A DNA stretch of 64,000 nucleotides from Longimicrobiales bacterium (GCA_041690395.1 JAWLHJ010000003.1:480001-544000); one strand, 5' to 3'; counted from the stretch's first letter, positions 21,848 through 32,299 are shown. The notes: generated by a model not told the origin, from the letters alone. Translations and numbers: made by a program.

Positions 21848-23187
21848 CCGGCCTCGCCCGCGGACGCGATCCTCCGGATCAGCTCCCAGAAGCCGGGAAA
21901 GCTCACGCCCGCGGCCCCGGGATCGTCGATCTCCACCCGGTTGCCCGGAAGGGCGGCGAGGACGCCGAACGCCATCGCGATCCGGTGGTCCGCACGGGTG
22001 AGCACCGTGCCGAGGAGCGGCCGACCCGTCCCCTCGACCTCGAGACCGTCCTCGTACTCCTCCACCCGAACGCCGAGGGCACGCAGGTTGCCGACCATGG
22101 CGGCGATCCGGTCGGACTCCTTGGTCCGGAGCTCTTCAGCAGCCCGGATGCGGGTCACGCCCTGGGCCCTCGCGCCGAGCACGGCCACGAGCGGAAGCTC
22201 GTCGATCAGCCGCGGGACCTCCTCCGGCAGCACATCGGTCCCCTGTAGCTCGGAGGCACGCACGGTGACGGACCCGACGGGCTCGCCCGCCCCAGCGGCC
22301 TCGTCCCCGCTCCTTCCGCCCGCGCCGTCGGAGCCGGCCGGACCGTCGTGCTCGACGGTCACGGACGCGCCCATCCGTTCCAGCACGCCGAGGAACGCGG
22401 TCCGGGTCGGATTGAGGCCGACGCGCTCGACCGTCAGCGAGCCCCGCCCCGCCACCCCGCCCAACGCGGCGAGCGCGATCGGGAAGGCTGCCGACGAGAA
22501 GTCCCCCGGCACGTCGAAGTCGAGAGCGTCGATCCGGCTGGGCGGGTCCCGCAACTCCACCCGCCACCCGCCGGCCACCGCGTGAGAGATCACACGCGCT
22601 CCCAAGGCCGTGAGCATGCGTTCCGTGTGATCGCGCGACTTCCTGGGCTCGGTGACGAGCGCGTAAGCCCCGCCGACCAGGCCGGCCAGCAGGATCGCGC
22701 TCTTCACCTGGGCGCTCGCGACCGGGCTCTCCCAATCGATCGGGGAGAGCGGGCGCCGGCCCCGCACGGTCACGGGGAGCCTACCGTCGTGTTCGAGGAA
22801 GTCGAAGCCGGCTCCCATCGCGGTGAGGGGTTCAGTCACGCGTCGCATGGGTCGTGACCGGAGCGACTCGTCCCCCGTGAGGGTCGCGCTCCGACCGCTG
22901 CCGGCGAGCACCCCCATGAGGAGGCGCGTCCCGGTGCCGCTGTTCCCCAGGTCGAGCGCACCAGCCGGCTCCTTCAACCCGTCGAGCCCGACGCCCCGAA
23001 CCACGATCTCTCCTCCGTCGGCAGGGATCTCGGGGACGTCGACGCCGAGCGCGACCAGCGCCGAGCGGGTCGAGGCCGCATCGCCGCCGTACAGGAGTCC
23101 CCGCAGGCGGCTCTCGCCGGACGCCAAGCCGGCCAGGATCAGCGCTCGCTGGGTGAGCGACTTGTCGCCGGGAACGGTGATCCTCAT
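21844..23187 (-). CDS. aroA: 3-phosphoshikimate 1-carboxyvinyltransferase (class II EPSP synthase)
   Basis: PGDKS, GNSGT, GDESLRSRPM, SAQVKSA, RDHTE, KESDR, DHRIAM; ATG at 23187 overlaps upstream stop. Confidence 0.96.
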   Translation of the reverse strand: MRITVPGDKSLTQRALILAGLASGESRLRGLLYGGDAASTRSALVALGVDVPEIPADGGEIVVRGVGLDGLKEPAGALDLGNSGTGTRLLMGVLAGSGRSATLTGDESLRSRPMRRVTEPLTAMGAGFDFLEHDGRLPVTVRGRRPLSPIDWESPVASAQVKSAILLAGLVGGAYALVTEPRKSRDHTERMLTALGARVISHAVAGGWRVELRDPPSRIDALDFDVPGDFSSAAFPIALAALGGVAGRGSLTVERVGLNPTRTAFLGVLERMGASVTVEHDGPAGSDGAGGRSGDEAAGAGEPVGSVTVRASELQGTDVLPEEVPRLIDELPLVAVLGARAQGVTRIRAAEELRTKESDRIAAMVGNLRALGVRVEEYEDGLEVEGTGRPLLGTVLTRADHRIAMAFGVLAALPGNRVEIDDPGAAGVSFPGFWELIRRIASAGEAG

Positions 23188-24035
23188 GCCTCTTCCTTCC
23201 AGGTGCGGGTCTCGCGCATGAGCGCCTCGAGCCGGGCGAGGTCGCCGGACTCCAGCGCACCCGCCGCGGCCTCCAGGGTTCCGGCCACCCCACGCAAGGC
23301 GTTGGGAAGGCCCTCCGGCGCATGCCGGAAGAGATCGAGCCACATTCCCGGAGGGCTGGCCGCGAGACGCGTCATGTCCCTCCCACCGGGCCCCATCGCG
23401 TCGGTCTCGACGCCGCGCCGCGCCAACTCGGCCGCCAGCGCGTTGGCCACCAGCTGTGGGAGGTGGCTCACGAGCACCATCGAGCGGTCGTGCTCGTCGG
23501 CGTCGATGTCCCGCGGCTCGGCCCCGGCCGCCCGCCAGAGCGCGCGGACCCTCTCGACGTGTGACTCCCCCGCCCCGTCCGTCGTGATCCAGACACGCGC
23601 GCCGTCGAAGAGCGTCTCCCGCGCGTGCCGGAACCCCGACCCCTCCGAGCCGGCCATGGGGTGAGCGCCGACCCACCGGTCGGTGAGCCCCGAAGTCCGC
23701 GCGGCGTGCATCAGCGGCGCCTTGAGGCTCGCCACGTCGGTCAGCGTCGTGGCCGGACCCGTGAGTCCGGCCATCTCGGGCAGGACCCGCAGGCAGGCCT
23801 CGAGCGGCATCGCGAGCACCACGACGTCCGCTTCCTCCACGGCATCCTCCCACGCGGTCGGCGCCGCGTGGACCACACCTTCTTCGAGCGCCTGCTCGCG
23901 CTCCCCGATGGAGGGCGACCAACCGATCACGGTCGTTCCGGGGGCGTTCTCGGCCAGGACCCGCGCGAGCGACCCCCCGATCACACCGAGTCCGAGCACG
24001 GCCACCCTGTGGGCCGGCGCCTGGCCGCCCGTCAC
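23184..24035 (-). CDS. tyrA: Prephenate/arogenate dehydrogenase
   Basis: GLGVIGGS, TDVASLK, HPMAGSE, EHD....SHLPQ, DMTRLA; GTG at 24035. Confidence 0.9.
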   Translation of the reverse strand: MTGGQAPAHRVAVLGLGVIGGSLARVLAENAPGTTVIGWSPSIGEREQALEEGVVHAAPTAWEDAVEEADVVVLAMPLEACLRVLPEMAGLTGPATTLTDVASLKAPLMHAARTSGLTDRWVGAHPMAGSEGSGFRHARETLFDGARVWITTDGAGESHVERVRALWRAAGAEPRDIDADEHDRSMVLVSHLPQLVANALAAELARRGVETDAMGPGGRDMTRLAASPPGMWLDLFRHAPEGLPNALRGVAGTLEAAAGALESGDLARLEALMRETRTWKEEA

Positions 24036-24379
24036 GACCCCTGCCCGAAGACGTACACGAGCGGTACCTGCGACAGGATCGGGTCGTCGTGGGCGGCGGC
24101 CATGAAGCGCGCCTCGCGGGCCCGGTGCGTCTCCAGGTCGCGGAACGGAACGCCGAGCACGAGCAACCCACGGGCGTCGCCGAAGGGGCGAAGTCCCTTC
24201 AGCGTCGTCTCGGTCACGGCGCCGAAGACGGCTTCGGCCAGCTCCCGCGCGCGCCACTGCGCCGCCCGCACGGCCCAGCGCGCGCGAAGCTCGTTCCGGT
24301 CGAGGTCCCGCTCGAGAAGCTGCGGATGGTCGGCCTCGTTCGGCGCTCCGCGTCCCTGCGGAGGGAGGAGGGCGCTCAT
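24032..24379 (-). CDS. Hypothetical protein
   Basis: 115-aa ORF exactly filling the rnz-tyrA gap with 4-bp overlaps at both ends. Confidence 0.7.
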   Translation of the reverse strand: MSALLPPQGRGAPNEADHPQLLERDLDRNELRARWAVRAAQWRARELAEAVFGAVTETTLKGLRPFGDARGLLVLGVPFRDLETHRAREARFMAAAHDDPILSQVPLVYVFGQGS

Positions 24380-25329
24380 GCGTGCTCCGGCTCGGCGGCG
24401 ACCGGGCGTTCCAGCTCACCGGTGCGGAAGGGTACCTCGACAACCAGGCCGTCGTGGGCCACACGGGCCCGCGGAAAGACCTCCTTCGCCTCGCGCTCCA
24501 GGTCCCGGGGATCGTCCGAGTAACGGGCGGACAGGTGGGTCATGAAGAGCCGGCCGACGCCCGCGTCCTTCGCGACGGTGGCGGCTTCCTTCGCGGTGCT
24601 GTGGTATGTCTGGCGGGCACGGTCGCGCTCCTCGTCGCCGAACGTGGCCTCGTGCACGAGGACGTCCGCGGCCGTGGCGCTCCGGCGGGTCGCGTCGCAC
24701 GGCCGGGTGTCCCCCGTGTACACGACCGTGCGGCCGGGGCGCGGCTCACCGACGAGGTCCGCGGCCCGGATCACCCGGCCATCGACCTCGACGTCCTCGC
24801 CCCGGTGGAGCTTACCGAACAGCGGGCCCTCCGGAATCCCCAACTCCCGGGCCCGCTCGACGTCGAAGCGGCCGAGTCGGTCGTCCTCGACCAGCGCCCA
24901 CCCCACGGCCCTCGTCCCGTGGTCCACCGGGAAGGCGTGCACGGCGTACCCATCCCCCCGGTACGCCTCGCCCTCCCCGCACTCGACGAAGTCCAATGCG
25001 AAGGGGAGACGCTCACCGCCGAGCGCCACGGTCCGCCGGAGAAGCGACTCCGACCCGGGCGGCCCCACCAGAAGAAGCGGCTCGGTGCGGTCCTGGAGCT
25101 GCATGGTCCGAACCAGGCCCGTGATCCCCAGATAATGATCCGCGTGCATGTGCGTCACGAAGATGGCCCGGACACCGAACCCCGAGCCGTAACGCATCAT
25201 CTGCCGCTGCGTACCCTCGCCGCAGTCGAACAGGAACAGGTCGCCTTCACGCTGCACGGCGAGCCCGCTCACGTTCCGACGCACCGTGGGGCGCGCCGCG
25301 GCGGTTCCGAGGAAGGTCAGACGGATCAT
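24376..25329 (-). CDS. rnz: Ribonuclease Z
   Basis: [41 protein letters not shown]. Confidence 0.96.
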   Translation of the reverse strand: MIRLTFLGTAAARPTVRRNVSGLAVQREGDLFLFDCGEGTQRQMMRYGSGFGVRAIFVTHMHADHYLGITGLVRTMQLQDRTEPLLLVGPPGSESLLRRTVALGGERLPFALDFVECGEGEAYRGDGYAVHAFPVDHGTRAVGWALVEDDRLGRFDVERARELGIPEGPLFGKLHRGEDVEVDGRVIRAADLVGEPRPGRTVVYTGDTRPCDATRRSATAADVLVHEATFGDEERDRARQTYHSTAKEAATVAKDAGVGRLFMTHLSARYSDDPRDLEREAKEVFPRARVAHDGLVVEVPFRTGELERPVAAEPEHA

Positions 25330-25419
25330 CGACTGCGCGGCCTGCTGGGATGGGGACGGCGGGCCCGGGGCGGCCCGTTACGTCAAGGTAGCCAACGGCC
25401 GGGGAGCCTCCAACCGGGC

Positions 25420-27849
25420 TCAGCCGGGGGTTCCGACCCGCTCGGCCAACGGCCGGTACATGAGCCCGTAGAACATCTCCAGGTAGCGCCGCGGCTCGTC
25501 CCGGTCGAGCGAGGAGATGTATCTCCAGAAGCCGTAGATGCGCGACAGCTCCAGCAGGCGGGATGCGTACAACGGCCAGTTGTAGCGCTCCGCCACGCGC
25601 GCGACGCCCGCCCGCGCGATCTCCATCCAGGCGTCTTGGTCGCCCCCGAACCGACCCATGACCTCGGCCATCCGCTCGGTGCTCTCGGGCCAGGCCGTGG
25701 GGTCGATGTGGAAGCCGCTCACCCCGTCCTCCACGATCTCCTCCGGCCCACCGAAGCGGGTGGCGAACACCGGCAGCCCCGAGCTCATCGCCTCGATCAC
25801 GGTCAGCCCGAACGCCTCGAACAGTGCCGGCTGCACGAACGCGCCCCGGCTGTCGGCCACCACCCGGTAGAACTCTCCCACCCGGCTCTTGTCCGTCTGC
25901 ATCTCGATCCAGCGGACGTCGTCGTCCAGTCCGAGCTCGTCCATGAGGTGATGGACCCTCTCGATCTGGCGGCGCTCGTCCACGTCCGAGGAGCGGTCCG
26001 CATCGATCCACCCTCCGACGAGGAGCAGGTTGGCGCGCTCCCGGAGCTCCTCCGAGCGTCCGTACGCCTCGAGGAGCCCCGCCACGTTCTTGATCTCGTC
26101 GAGGCGCGACATCGCGAACAGGATCGGGCGAGCGGGGTGCGTGAAGCGCCCGCGCGACCGGTCGTCGGGGTCGCCGAAGACCATAGCGCGGACCTCCTCG
26201 GTGAGCTCCGGAATGCGGCGCTCCTCCTCCCAGAACGGCCCGAAGACGTCGGGGTTCGCACCCGGCGACACGATGTTGAACTTCGGGTCGAAGCAGTCGA
26301 TGCCCGAGACCACCCGGTAGAGCCCGGGAAGGGTGAACGACCCGTAGCTCTCGTACTGCCCGACGCTCGTGTCCGTCCCGGCGATCTCCTGGTACGTGCT
26401 CGTGATGATGAAATCGGCGGTATTCATCGAGATCAGATCGGCCGTGAGCTGGCATGCGAAGTGGTGATCCTCCTCGTGCTCCTCCCAGAGGAGATCGGCG
26501 TCCCTGTACTTCGTCTTCTCGAGGGCGTGCGCGATGTTGCACTGGGTCACGCCCAGGCGGCGCGTCATGATGCTCGCCACCAGGTTTCCGTCCGAGTAAT
26601 TGCCGATGATCATGTCCGGCCGCTGGCCGAGCTCGGCCAGCAGCTCGCGCTCGGCGTCGACCGCGTAACGCTCCAGGTAGGGCCACACCTCGAAGCGGGA
26701 GATCCAGGGGCGCACCACCCCTCCGTCGGGGTCGCGGAACGGCACGCGCAGGATGCACGCATTCTCGGTCCCGAAGATCGGCTCGAGACGCTGGTCGCAC
26801 GTGGTGCCGTCGGCCTCCGGAATCAGCCTCGTCAGGACGACGATGCGCGGCTCGACGTCGATCCCCTGCTCGTGGAGCGTCTCCCTCATGGCTCGCTCGA
26901 GCGCGCGCACCTGGTCGAGGATGTAGACGACCTGCCCGCCGGTGTCCGGCTTCCCGAGAACGTCCGACTGACCGAAGTATCCGTGCGGCGACAGGATCGC
27001 GATGGAGGTGATCATCGGGATGCGTGCCAGGAAGTCGGCCAGGTGCACGGGGTCGGGCGCCTCGAGGAGGTCCAGAAGCAGCTCCATGGTCTCGCGCGTC
27101 CGCTCGGCCGTGCGCCCCCACCCGGGCTCGAAGCCGAGCCGCCGGAGGTCGGCCATCCACCTCGGCCGGTCGACTTCTCCCTCTTCATCGGCCAGCAGGT
27201 CGACCGCCCGCCGCAGCGCCGCGCGGAGCGCATCGGCCGAGTCGATTCCTTCCGAGAGCATGAGTGGCTGATCGCCCAGATGGTGCACACGGAGGAAGTC
27301 GACCAGCCGGGCCGTGCCGTTCCGTCCGTCGCGCTCTCCGGTCGGGGCGAGCCGGGTCCGGCGCTCCTCGAACAGGCCCACGGACAGGTAGCGGTTCAGG
27401 TGCTCCACACCGCGACCGATGGAACGAGCCTGGGTGAGGCGGGGGAAGCCACGCTCGAACGGCTCGAGGTCCACCTCGACGACGAAGCGGTCCTCGGCGC
27501 CCTCGCCCGTCACCAGCCGCTCCTTGACGTCCAGGAACTCCGCGACCGTGACCTCGGCGCAGCCGAGATCCTCCGCGCTCACCCGGACGTAACACCAGCT
27601 CGCGACCCGCTCCCGGAGCGCCAAGTACAACACGCCGTCCGTGACGACCACTTCCTGGATGCGCTCGATGAGCTCGTCGAGCGGGGGGGCGTCGAGGTCC
27701 CGCCACGCTTCGGTGGCCCGAAACGCGTCGTACTCGTGCCGGACGTCGACACCGGTCAGGAAGGGACGGGATTTGGCGCGAAGCCTCCGCAGCAGGACGT
27801 ACAGCGGTTCCCGGTGTCGGGCCCGGAGGTCGGCCAGCACATCGGTCAT
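25420..27849 (-). CDS. Sucrose synthase (GT4)
   Basis: 809 aa; SIGRGVEHLNR, SPHGYFGQ, PDTGGQVVYILDQVRALE, GNYSDGNL, HALEKTKY, STYQEIAG, EAFGLTVIEAM. Confidence 0.95.
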   Translation of the reverse strand: MTDVLADLRARHREPLYVLLRRLRAKSRPFLTGVDVRHEYDAFRATEAWRDLDAPPLDELIERIQEVVVTDGVLYLALRERVASWCYVRVSAEDLGCAEVTVAEFLDVKERLVTGEGAEDRFVVEVDLEPFERGFPRLTQARSIGRGVEHLNRYLSVGLFEERRTRLAPTGERDGRNGTARLVDFLRVHHLGDQPLMLSEGIDSADALRAALRRAVDLLADEEGEVDRPRWMADLRRLGFEPGWGRTAERTRETMELLLDLLEAPDPVHLADFLARIPMITSIAILSPHGYFGQSDVLGKPDTGGQVVYILDQVRALERAMRETLHEQGIDVEPRIVVLTRLIPEADGTTCDQRLEPIFGTENACILRVPFRDPDGGVVRPWISRFEVWPYLERYAVDAERELLAELGQRPDMIIGNYSDGNLVASIMTRRLGVTQCNIAHALEKTKYRDADLLWEEHEEDHHFACQLTADLISMNTADFIITSTYQEIAGTDTSVGQYESYGSFTLPGLYRVVSGIDCFDPKFNIVSPGANPDVFGPFWEEERRIPELTEEVRAMVFGDPDDRSRGRFTHPARPILFAMSRLDEIKNVAGLLEAYGRSEELRERANLLLVGGWIDADRSSDVDERRQIERVHHLMDELGLDDDVRWIEMQTDKSRVGEFYRVVADSRGAFVQPALFEAFGLTVIEAMSSGLPVFATRFGGPEEIVEDGVSGFHIDPTAWPESTERMAEVMGRFGGDQDAWMEIARAGVARVAERYNWPLYASRLLELSRIYGFWRYISSLDRDEPRRYLEMFYGLMYRPLAERVGTPG

Positions 27850-30800
27850 GCGTCGGGCTCCGGGTCGGCGCGGATATCACCGAAGAAGTCGTAGTGTTCG
27901 ATTCCTTCCAGGACGCCCCACGCGTGGCTCCCGTCCGCGAAATACACGCGGTGACTGTCGCGCAGATCCTCCAGCTCGTCGGTGTGGTTCCCGACCACGA
28001 CGCCGAGCGTCTCACCCGAGAGCATGTCCGCGTCGTTGCCCGAGTCACCTGCCACGAGCAGCCGCTCGGGCGGCAGATCCCACTTGAAGCCGAGGAAGCG
28101 AATGGCCATCCCGGGGGAGGCCCTGACTGGAATCACGTCGAGGAAGGAGCCGTGATCGAGGATGGTCGTCGCGCGCAGCCCTTCCTTGCGCAGCCTACGC
28201 CGCACGTCCGACGCGCCAGGACCGCCCGGGTCGCTCACGTACCGAAGACGGTACGGCGTTTGAGCTTCATCCGTGCCGAGGCGTAGGCCGTCGACCTGGG
28301 AGAGGAAGTCGCGAATGCGGTCGCGCTCCCAGCGGTGGTGGATCTGGCGCTCCCACGAGCGGTCCCGGATGAGCCGCTCACCGTAGTGGAGCTGCGTGCC
28401 CGTCCCGGTGATCAGGACGTCGGGCACCGGGATACCCAGATCCTCGATCATCTCGAGCGCGAGGTCGAGGGTTCGGCCGGTGGCGATCCCGAAGCCCACG
28501 TTCGGTCCCGCCGCGACGAGGCGCTCGATCAGGGCGCGGAGCCCCTCGTCGTCCCCCGTGAGCGTGTCGTCGATGTCGGTCACCACGATGCGGTCGAGCA
28601 CGGGCATGCGGCCGGCGCCGGCGTGCCGTCCGCTCGGCCGCCCTCCGCTCACGACCTGCTCCAGCTCCTCCAGGTAGCGCTCCGCGTGGCTCGACCAGGA
28701 GAAGTGCTGGTGCACTCGCTCCACGCCCCGCGCCGACCAACGCCTCCAGCGGTCCCGGTCCGCGAGCGCGGCTTCGAGGCCGCGGGCGATCTCCCGGGGC
28801 TCGGTCGCGTCCACCAGCAGGCCGTTCTCGCAGGCCGCGAGAATGTCCCGGGGCCCGCCGTCGTCCGTGGCGACGATCGGCACGCCGCTCGCGGCCGCCT
28901 CGAGCAGGGTCAACCCGAACGGCTCGGTGAACGCCGGGTTGACGAAGACGCCGCCGCTGGCGGCCGCCATCCGGTAGAGATCCGGCACGTCGGCCGAGCC
29001 GTGCGCCTTCGGGTAGGCGACCGAGCCGTGCAGGTCGTACCGGTCGATCAGGAGGAGCATCCTCGTGAGCACCGAGCGTGAGTTCGAAGGCATCTTGCGG
29101 ATGTCTTCCCGGTTCCCGGCGACCAGGACGAGGTTGGCCCACTTCCGGAGCTTTCCACTCCGACCGAACGCCTCGATGAGGCCCTCGAAGTTCTTCCGCT
29201 CGTCCGGGCGGGCGAGGGCGAGGATCATGGGCTTTCCGGGATCCCTGAGGAAGCGCGCCAGGTCGTCGGCGAGAGGGGGCGGCGTCCAGTCGTCGGCGGC
29301 TGTCGAGAAGCGGTCCAGGTCCACCCCCGGCGGGATCACGCGCATACCGTCGGGATGATAGTTGTCGTAGAGCTGATACTGCTCCTCCACCTCCTGATGC
29401 GTGCTCGCGATCACGACCGACGCCGTCTCGAGCGCTCGCTCCTCCGCCTCGATCCGGAGCGGGAAGTTGTAGCGCTCGTCCAGCTTGGCGGCGTCCTTCC
29501 CCGCGGAGAGGAGGCGGGCCTTCTTCACCCGGCCGAGCGAGTGTCCGGTGAAGAAGAACGGCACGCCGAGCAGCTGCGCCAGGCGCCCGCCGACGTAGCC
29601 CGCGTCCGCGTAGTGGCCGTGGACCAGGTCCGGAATCCGGCCGGTGCGACGTACGTGCCGGATCAGCCCGTCGAGCAGGCTGTCCAGATGCGGCCAGAGT
29701 GACTCCTTCCGCAGATATCGCCTCGGGCCGAACGGAAGCCGCACGATACGCGCACCCAGCGAGAGGGGCTCCTCCGGCACGGCATACTGGTCGTCCACGC
29801 GCTTGTCGAAGATCTGACGGGTCACTACCTCGACCCGCTCTACGGACGGATGCTCCGCGAGAGCCCGCGCCTCGTCGAGGACGTACGTGACCTGTCCGCC
29901 GGTGTCGGGATCGCGCCCGAGCTCGATATCGGTACCCCGCACCAGCCCGTGGATCGTGAGCGACAGCACGTGCAAACCGCCCCGTCTTCCTCTGGACGTC
30001 GCGCGCGCTTCGTCGCCCTCGCCACGGCCGGGCCCGCTCTCCCCTTCGGACCACGCCCGGAGGTGCCGCTCGTAGAGGGCGGCATCGCTCGTCGTCGCAC
30101 CGCGGACACCGCAGATGTCCGACGCGAAGCGCGTGGCCCGGTCGATGGTCATGCGGGGGCTCCACCCGCCCAGGATGCCCATACCCAACACGGAGCTGAA
30201 CGCGTCGCCGGCGCCGACGGTGTCGACGAGCTGCGGCACGACCGGCTCCTCTCCGACGACCGTCTCCGCTCCACGCGTGACGCAGACCGCGCCCTCGGGC
30301 CCGCGCGTGATCACCACTCGGTGGATGTCATGAGCTTCGGCGAGCTCTCTCGCGGCCTCCTCGCATGCCGCCAATGTGCTCGTGTCCCGACCGGAAACCT
30401 CGGCGAGCTCGGCTTCGGCCAGCTTCAGCCAGCGGGCTCCGCTCATGGCGGCCCGCACGTTCTCCGGCGTGGCCCAGGGCTCGCGCAGGTTCAGGTCGAC
30501 CAGCGCGGGCGCTCCGGACCGGAGGAGCTCTTCGAGCGCCCGCCGGCTCTCTTCGGAGCGCATGGCGAGCGTGCCGTGATAGATGAAGCGGACCGCACCC
30601 GGAAGGGTCTCTGCCGCCGCGCCGGCGTCGATGAAGTCCCACGCCTGATCGGGGTCGATCTCGTACCGGTTCTCACCGTCGCCCATCTCGACGCGAACCC
30701 GCCCCGTCGGGCGATCCTGGAGGGTCTGCACTCCGTTCCTGGAGAGTCCCCACTCCTCCATGCGCTGGAGGATGTCGTGACCGGCCTTGTCGAAGCCGAC

Positions 30801-31004
30801 CGCGCTGACGAACGCGGGGTCCGCACCGAATCCGCGCAGGTGCCACGCGACGTTGAACGGAGCGCCGCCGAGCACCCGCGTCCCGTCCGGAAACTCGTCG
30901 AACAGGACCTCGCCGAAGACGACGGGACGCCCCCTCGCGCGCGGGATCCCGTGGCCGCCGATCGCCGGCGCTCTCTCGAATGGCTTTCCCTTCATGGCTA
31001 TCAT
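27846..31004 (-). CDS. Fusion protein: PfkB (fructokinase-like) + sucrose-phosphate synthase + HAD-IIB phosphatase domain
   Basis: Single frame with FGEVLFD, GGAPFNVA, DTVGAGDAF; then GRDPDTGGQVTYV, HGHYADAG, TGHSLG, ARPDERKN, EPFGLTLLEA; then TDIDDTL, ATGR, AGDSGND. Start uncertain (30995, 31004 or 31031). Confidence 0.9.
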   Translation of the reverse strand: MIAMKGKPFERAPAIGGHGIPRARGRPVVFGEVLFDEFPDGTRVLGGAPFNVAWHLRGFGADPAFVSAVGFDKAGHDILQRMEEWGLSRNGVQTLQDRPTGRVRVEMGDGENRYEIDPDQAWDFIDAGAAAETLPGAVRFIYHGTLAMRSEESRRALEELLRSGAPALVDLNLREPWATPENVRAAMSGARWLKLAEAELAEVSGRDTSTLAACEEAARELAEAHDIHRVVITRGPEGAVCVTRGAETVVGEEPVVPQLVDTVGAGDAFSSVLGMGILGGWSPRMTIDRATRFASDICGVRGATTSDAALYERHLRAWSEGESGPGRGEGDEARATSRGRRGGLHVLSLTIHGLVRGTDIELGRDPDTGGQVTYVLDEARALAEHPSVERVEVVTRQIFDKRVDDQYAVPEEPLSLGARIVRLPFGPRRYLRKESLWPHLDSLLDGLIRHVRRTGRIPDLVHGHYADAGYVGGRLAQLLGVPFFFTGHSLGRVKKARLLSAGKDAAKLDERYNFPLRIEAEERALETASVVIASTHQEVEEQYQLYDNYHPDGMRVIPPGVDLDRFSTAADDWTPPPLADDLARFLRDPGKPMILALARPDERKNFEGLIEAFGRSGKLRKWANLVLVAGNREDIRKMPSNSRSVLTRMLLLIDRYDLHGSVAYPKAHGSADVPDLYRMAAASGGVFVNPAFTEPFGLTLLEAAASGVPIVATDDGGPRDILAACENGLLVDATEPREIARGLEAALADRDRWRRWSARGVERVHQHFSWSSHAERYLEELEQVVSGGRPSGRHAGAGRMPVLDRIVVTDIDDTLTGDDEGLRALIERLVAAGPNVGFGIATGRTLDLALEMIEDLGIPVPDVLITGTGTQLHYGERLIRDRSWERQIHHRWERDRIRDFLSQVDGLRLGTDEAQTPYRLRYVSDPGGPGASDVRRRLRKEGLRATTILDHGSFLDVIPVRASPGMAIRFLGFKWDLPPERLLVAGDSGNDADMLSGETLGVVVGNHTDELEDLRDSHRVYFADGSHAWGVLEGIEHYDFFGDIRADPEPDA

Positions 31005-31049
31005 GGTAGGCCGTTTCGCCGGAAAGTTCACCCCACGAGCGTACCGCGG

Positions 31050-31856
31050 ATGACGCGAGAGCCCATCATGCTCGCCTCGGATCTCGACGGGACCCTGATC
31101 CCGACCGACGTCGACGAGGCGCGCGCCGAGGAGATCCGGACCTTCCGGTCCGCCATGAGCGAGCGCGGCCTGAAGCTCGCGTACGTGACCGGTCGGGGGC
31201 GCGATCTGGCGCTGAAGGGCATCCAGCGTGTCGGACTACCCCTCCCCGAAGTCCTCGTGTGCGACGTGGGGACGAGCGTCTGGGTGCGCCGGGGCGGTCA
31301 CGACGCATGGTTCGTCGACGAGGTCTATCAGGAGCGCATGCGGGAAGCGCTCGGCGGCGTGGCCCGGGCGGACATCGTCGGGGGCATCGGCGCGCTCGAG
31401 GGGCTCGAGCTGCAGGAGCCCGGGAAGCAGACCGACTTCAAGATCAGCTATTACGTCGCGCCCGACCGCCTCGACGCTCTTCGCGACGGGGTCGGCGAGC
31501 GCCTCGCCCGCTTCCCGGTCCCACCCAAGGCCGTCTGGAGCCACGATCCCTACAGCGGTCGCATGCTCCTGGACGTCCTGCCGAGAAACGTGGCCAAGCA
31601 TGTCGCGCTCGGGCACCTGCGGGAGCGGCACGGCCACGCGCTGGACGAGATCGTCTACGCGGGTGACTCGGGCAACGACTTCGACGCGCTCCTCAGCGGC
31701 CACCCCGCGATCGTCGTCGCGAACGCTCCCGAGGCCCTGAAGCGCCAGTTGCGGGAGGAGGCGCTGGCGGCCGGGACGCTCGACCGCATGTACTTCGCGG
31801 AACGCCCGTTCGCCGGGGGCGTGATGGAGGGGCTACGCCACTTCGGCGCGCTGTGA
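31050..31856 (+). CDS. HAD-IIB hydrolase, sucrose-phosphate phosphatase-like
   Basis: C-terminal part of ORF 29850..31856; SDLDGTL, YVTGR, CDVGT, FKISYY, LDVLP, AGDSGND, VVANA. Confidence 0.88.
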   Translation: MTREPIMLASDLDGTLIPTDVDEARAEEIRTFRSAMSERGLKLAYVTGRGRDLALKGIQRVGLPLPEVLVCDVGTSVWVRRGGHDAWFVDEVYQERMREALGGVARADIVGGIGALEGLELQEPGKQTDFKISYYVAPDRLDALRDGVGERLARFPVPPKAVWSHDPYSGRMLLDVLPRNVAKHVALGHLRERHGHALDEIVYAGDSGNDFDALLSGHPAIVVANAPEALKRQLREEALAAGTLDRMYFAERPFAGGVMEGLRHFGAL

Positions 31857-31870
31857 GCTGGCCCGCCCGG

Positions 31871-32299
31871 TCAACGACCCGAGATGTAGGACATCAGATG
31901 CCGGTTGGCCTCCTCGCTCTCCGAGCGCAGCCGATTCACCACGTCCCCGATCGAGACGATGCCGACCAACCGGCCATCGGACAGGATCGGCAGGTGACGC
32001 ACTCGGTGGTTCGTCATGAGGTTCATGACGTGATCGAGGTCGTCGTCGGGCTCGCTCGTCACGATCTCGCGCGTCATCACCGCGCGCACCCGGATCGCGG
32101 CCAACGCCTCGGGCCCCCGCGCCGTGAGCTTGAGGATGTCCCGCTCCGAGACGATGCCCACGGGTCGGTCGTCCTCCACCACGACCGTCGCACCGATGTT
32201 GTGGCGGACGAGCGTCCGAACCACGTCGAGCACCGTTCGGTCGGGGTCGATCGTGACCACGTTCGAGCCCTTCGACCGCAGAACGTCCGAGATCCTCAT
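31871..32299 (-). CDS. Tandem CBS-domain protein
   Basis: MRISDVLRSKG, GIVSERD, RVRHLPI, GIVSIGDVV; GGAGG upstream of ATG 32299. Confidence 0.92.
   Translation of the reverse strand: MRISDVLRSKGSNVVTIDPDRTVLDVVRTLVRHNIGATVVVEDDRPVGIVSERDILKLTARGPEALAAIRVRAVMTREIVTSEPDDDLDHVMNLMTNHRVRHLPILSDGRLVGIVSIGDVVNRLRSESEEANRHLMSYISGR

Noticed and set aside
24382..27894. Very long plus-strand ORFs (also 6151..8835, 13939..17130, 18808..21156, 54809..57157)
   Set aside because: Antisense shadows of well-supported minus-strand genes, expected from high-GC codon bias; no motifs
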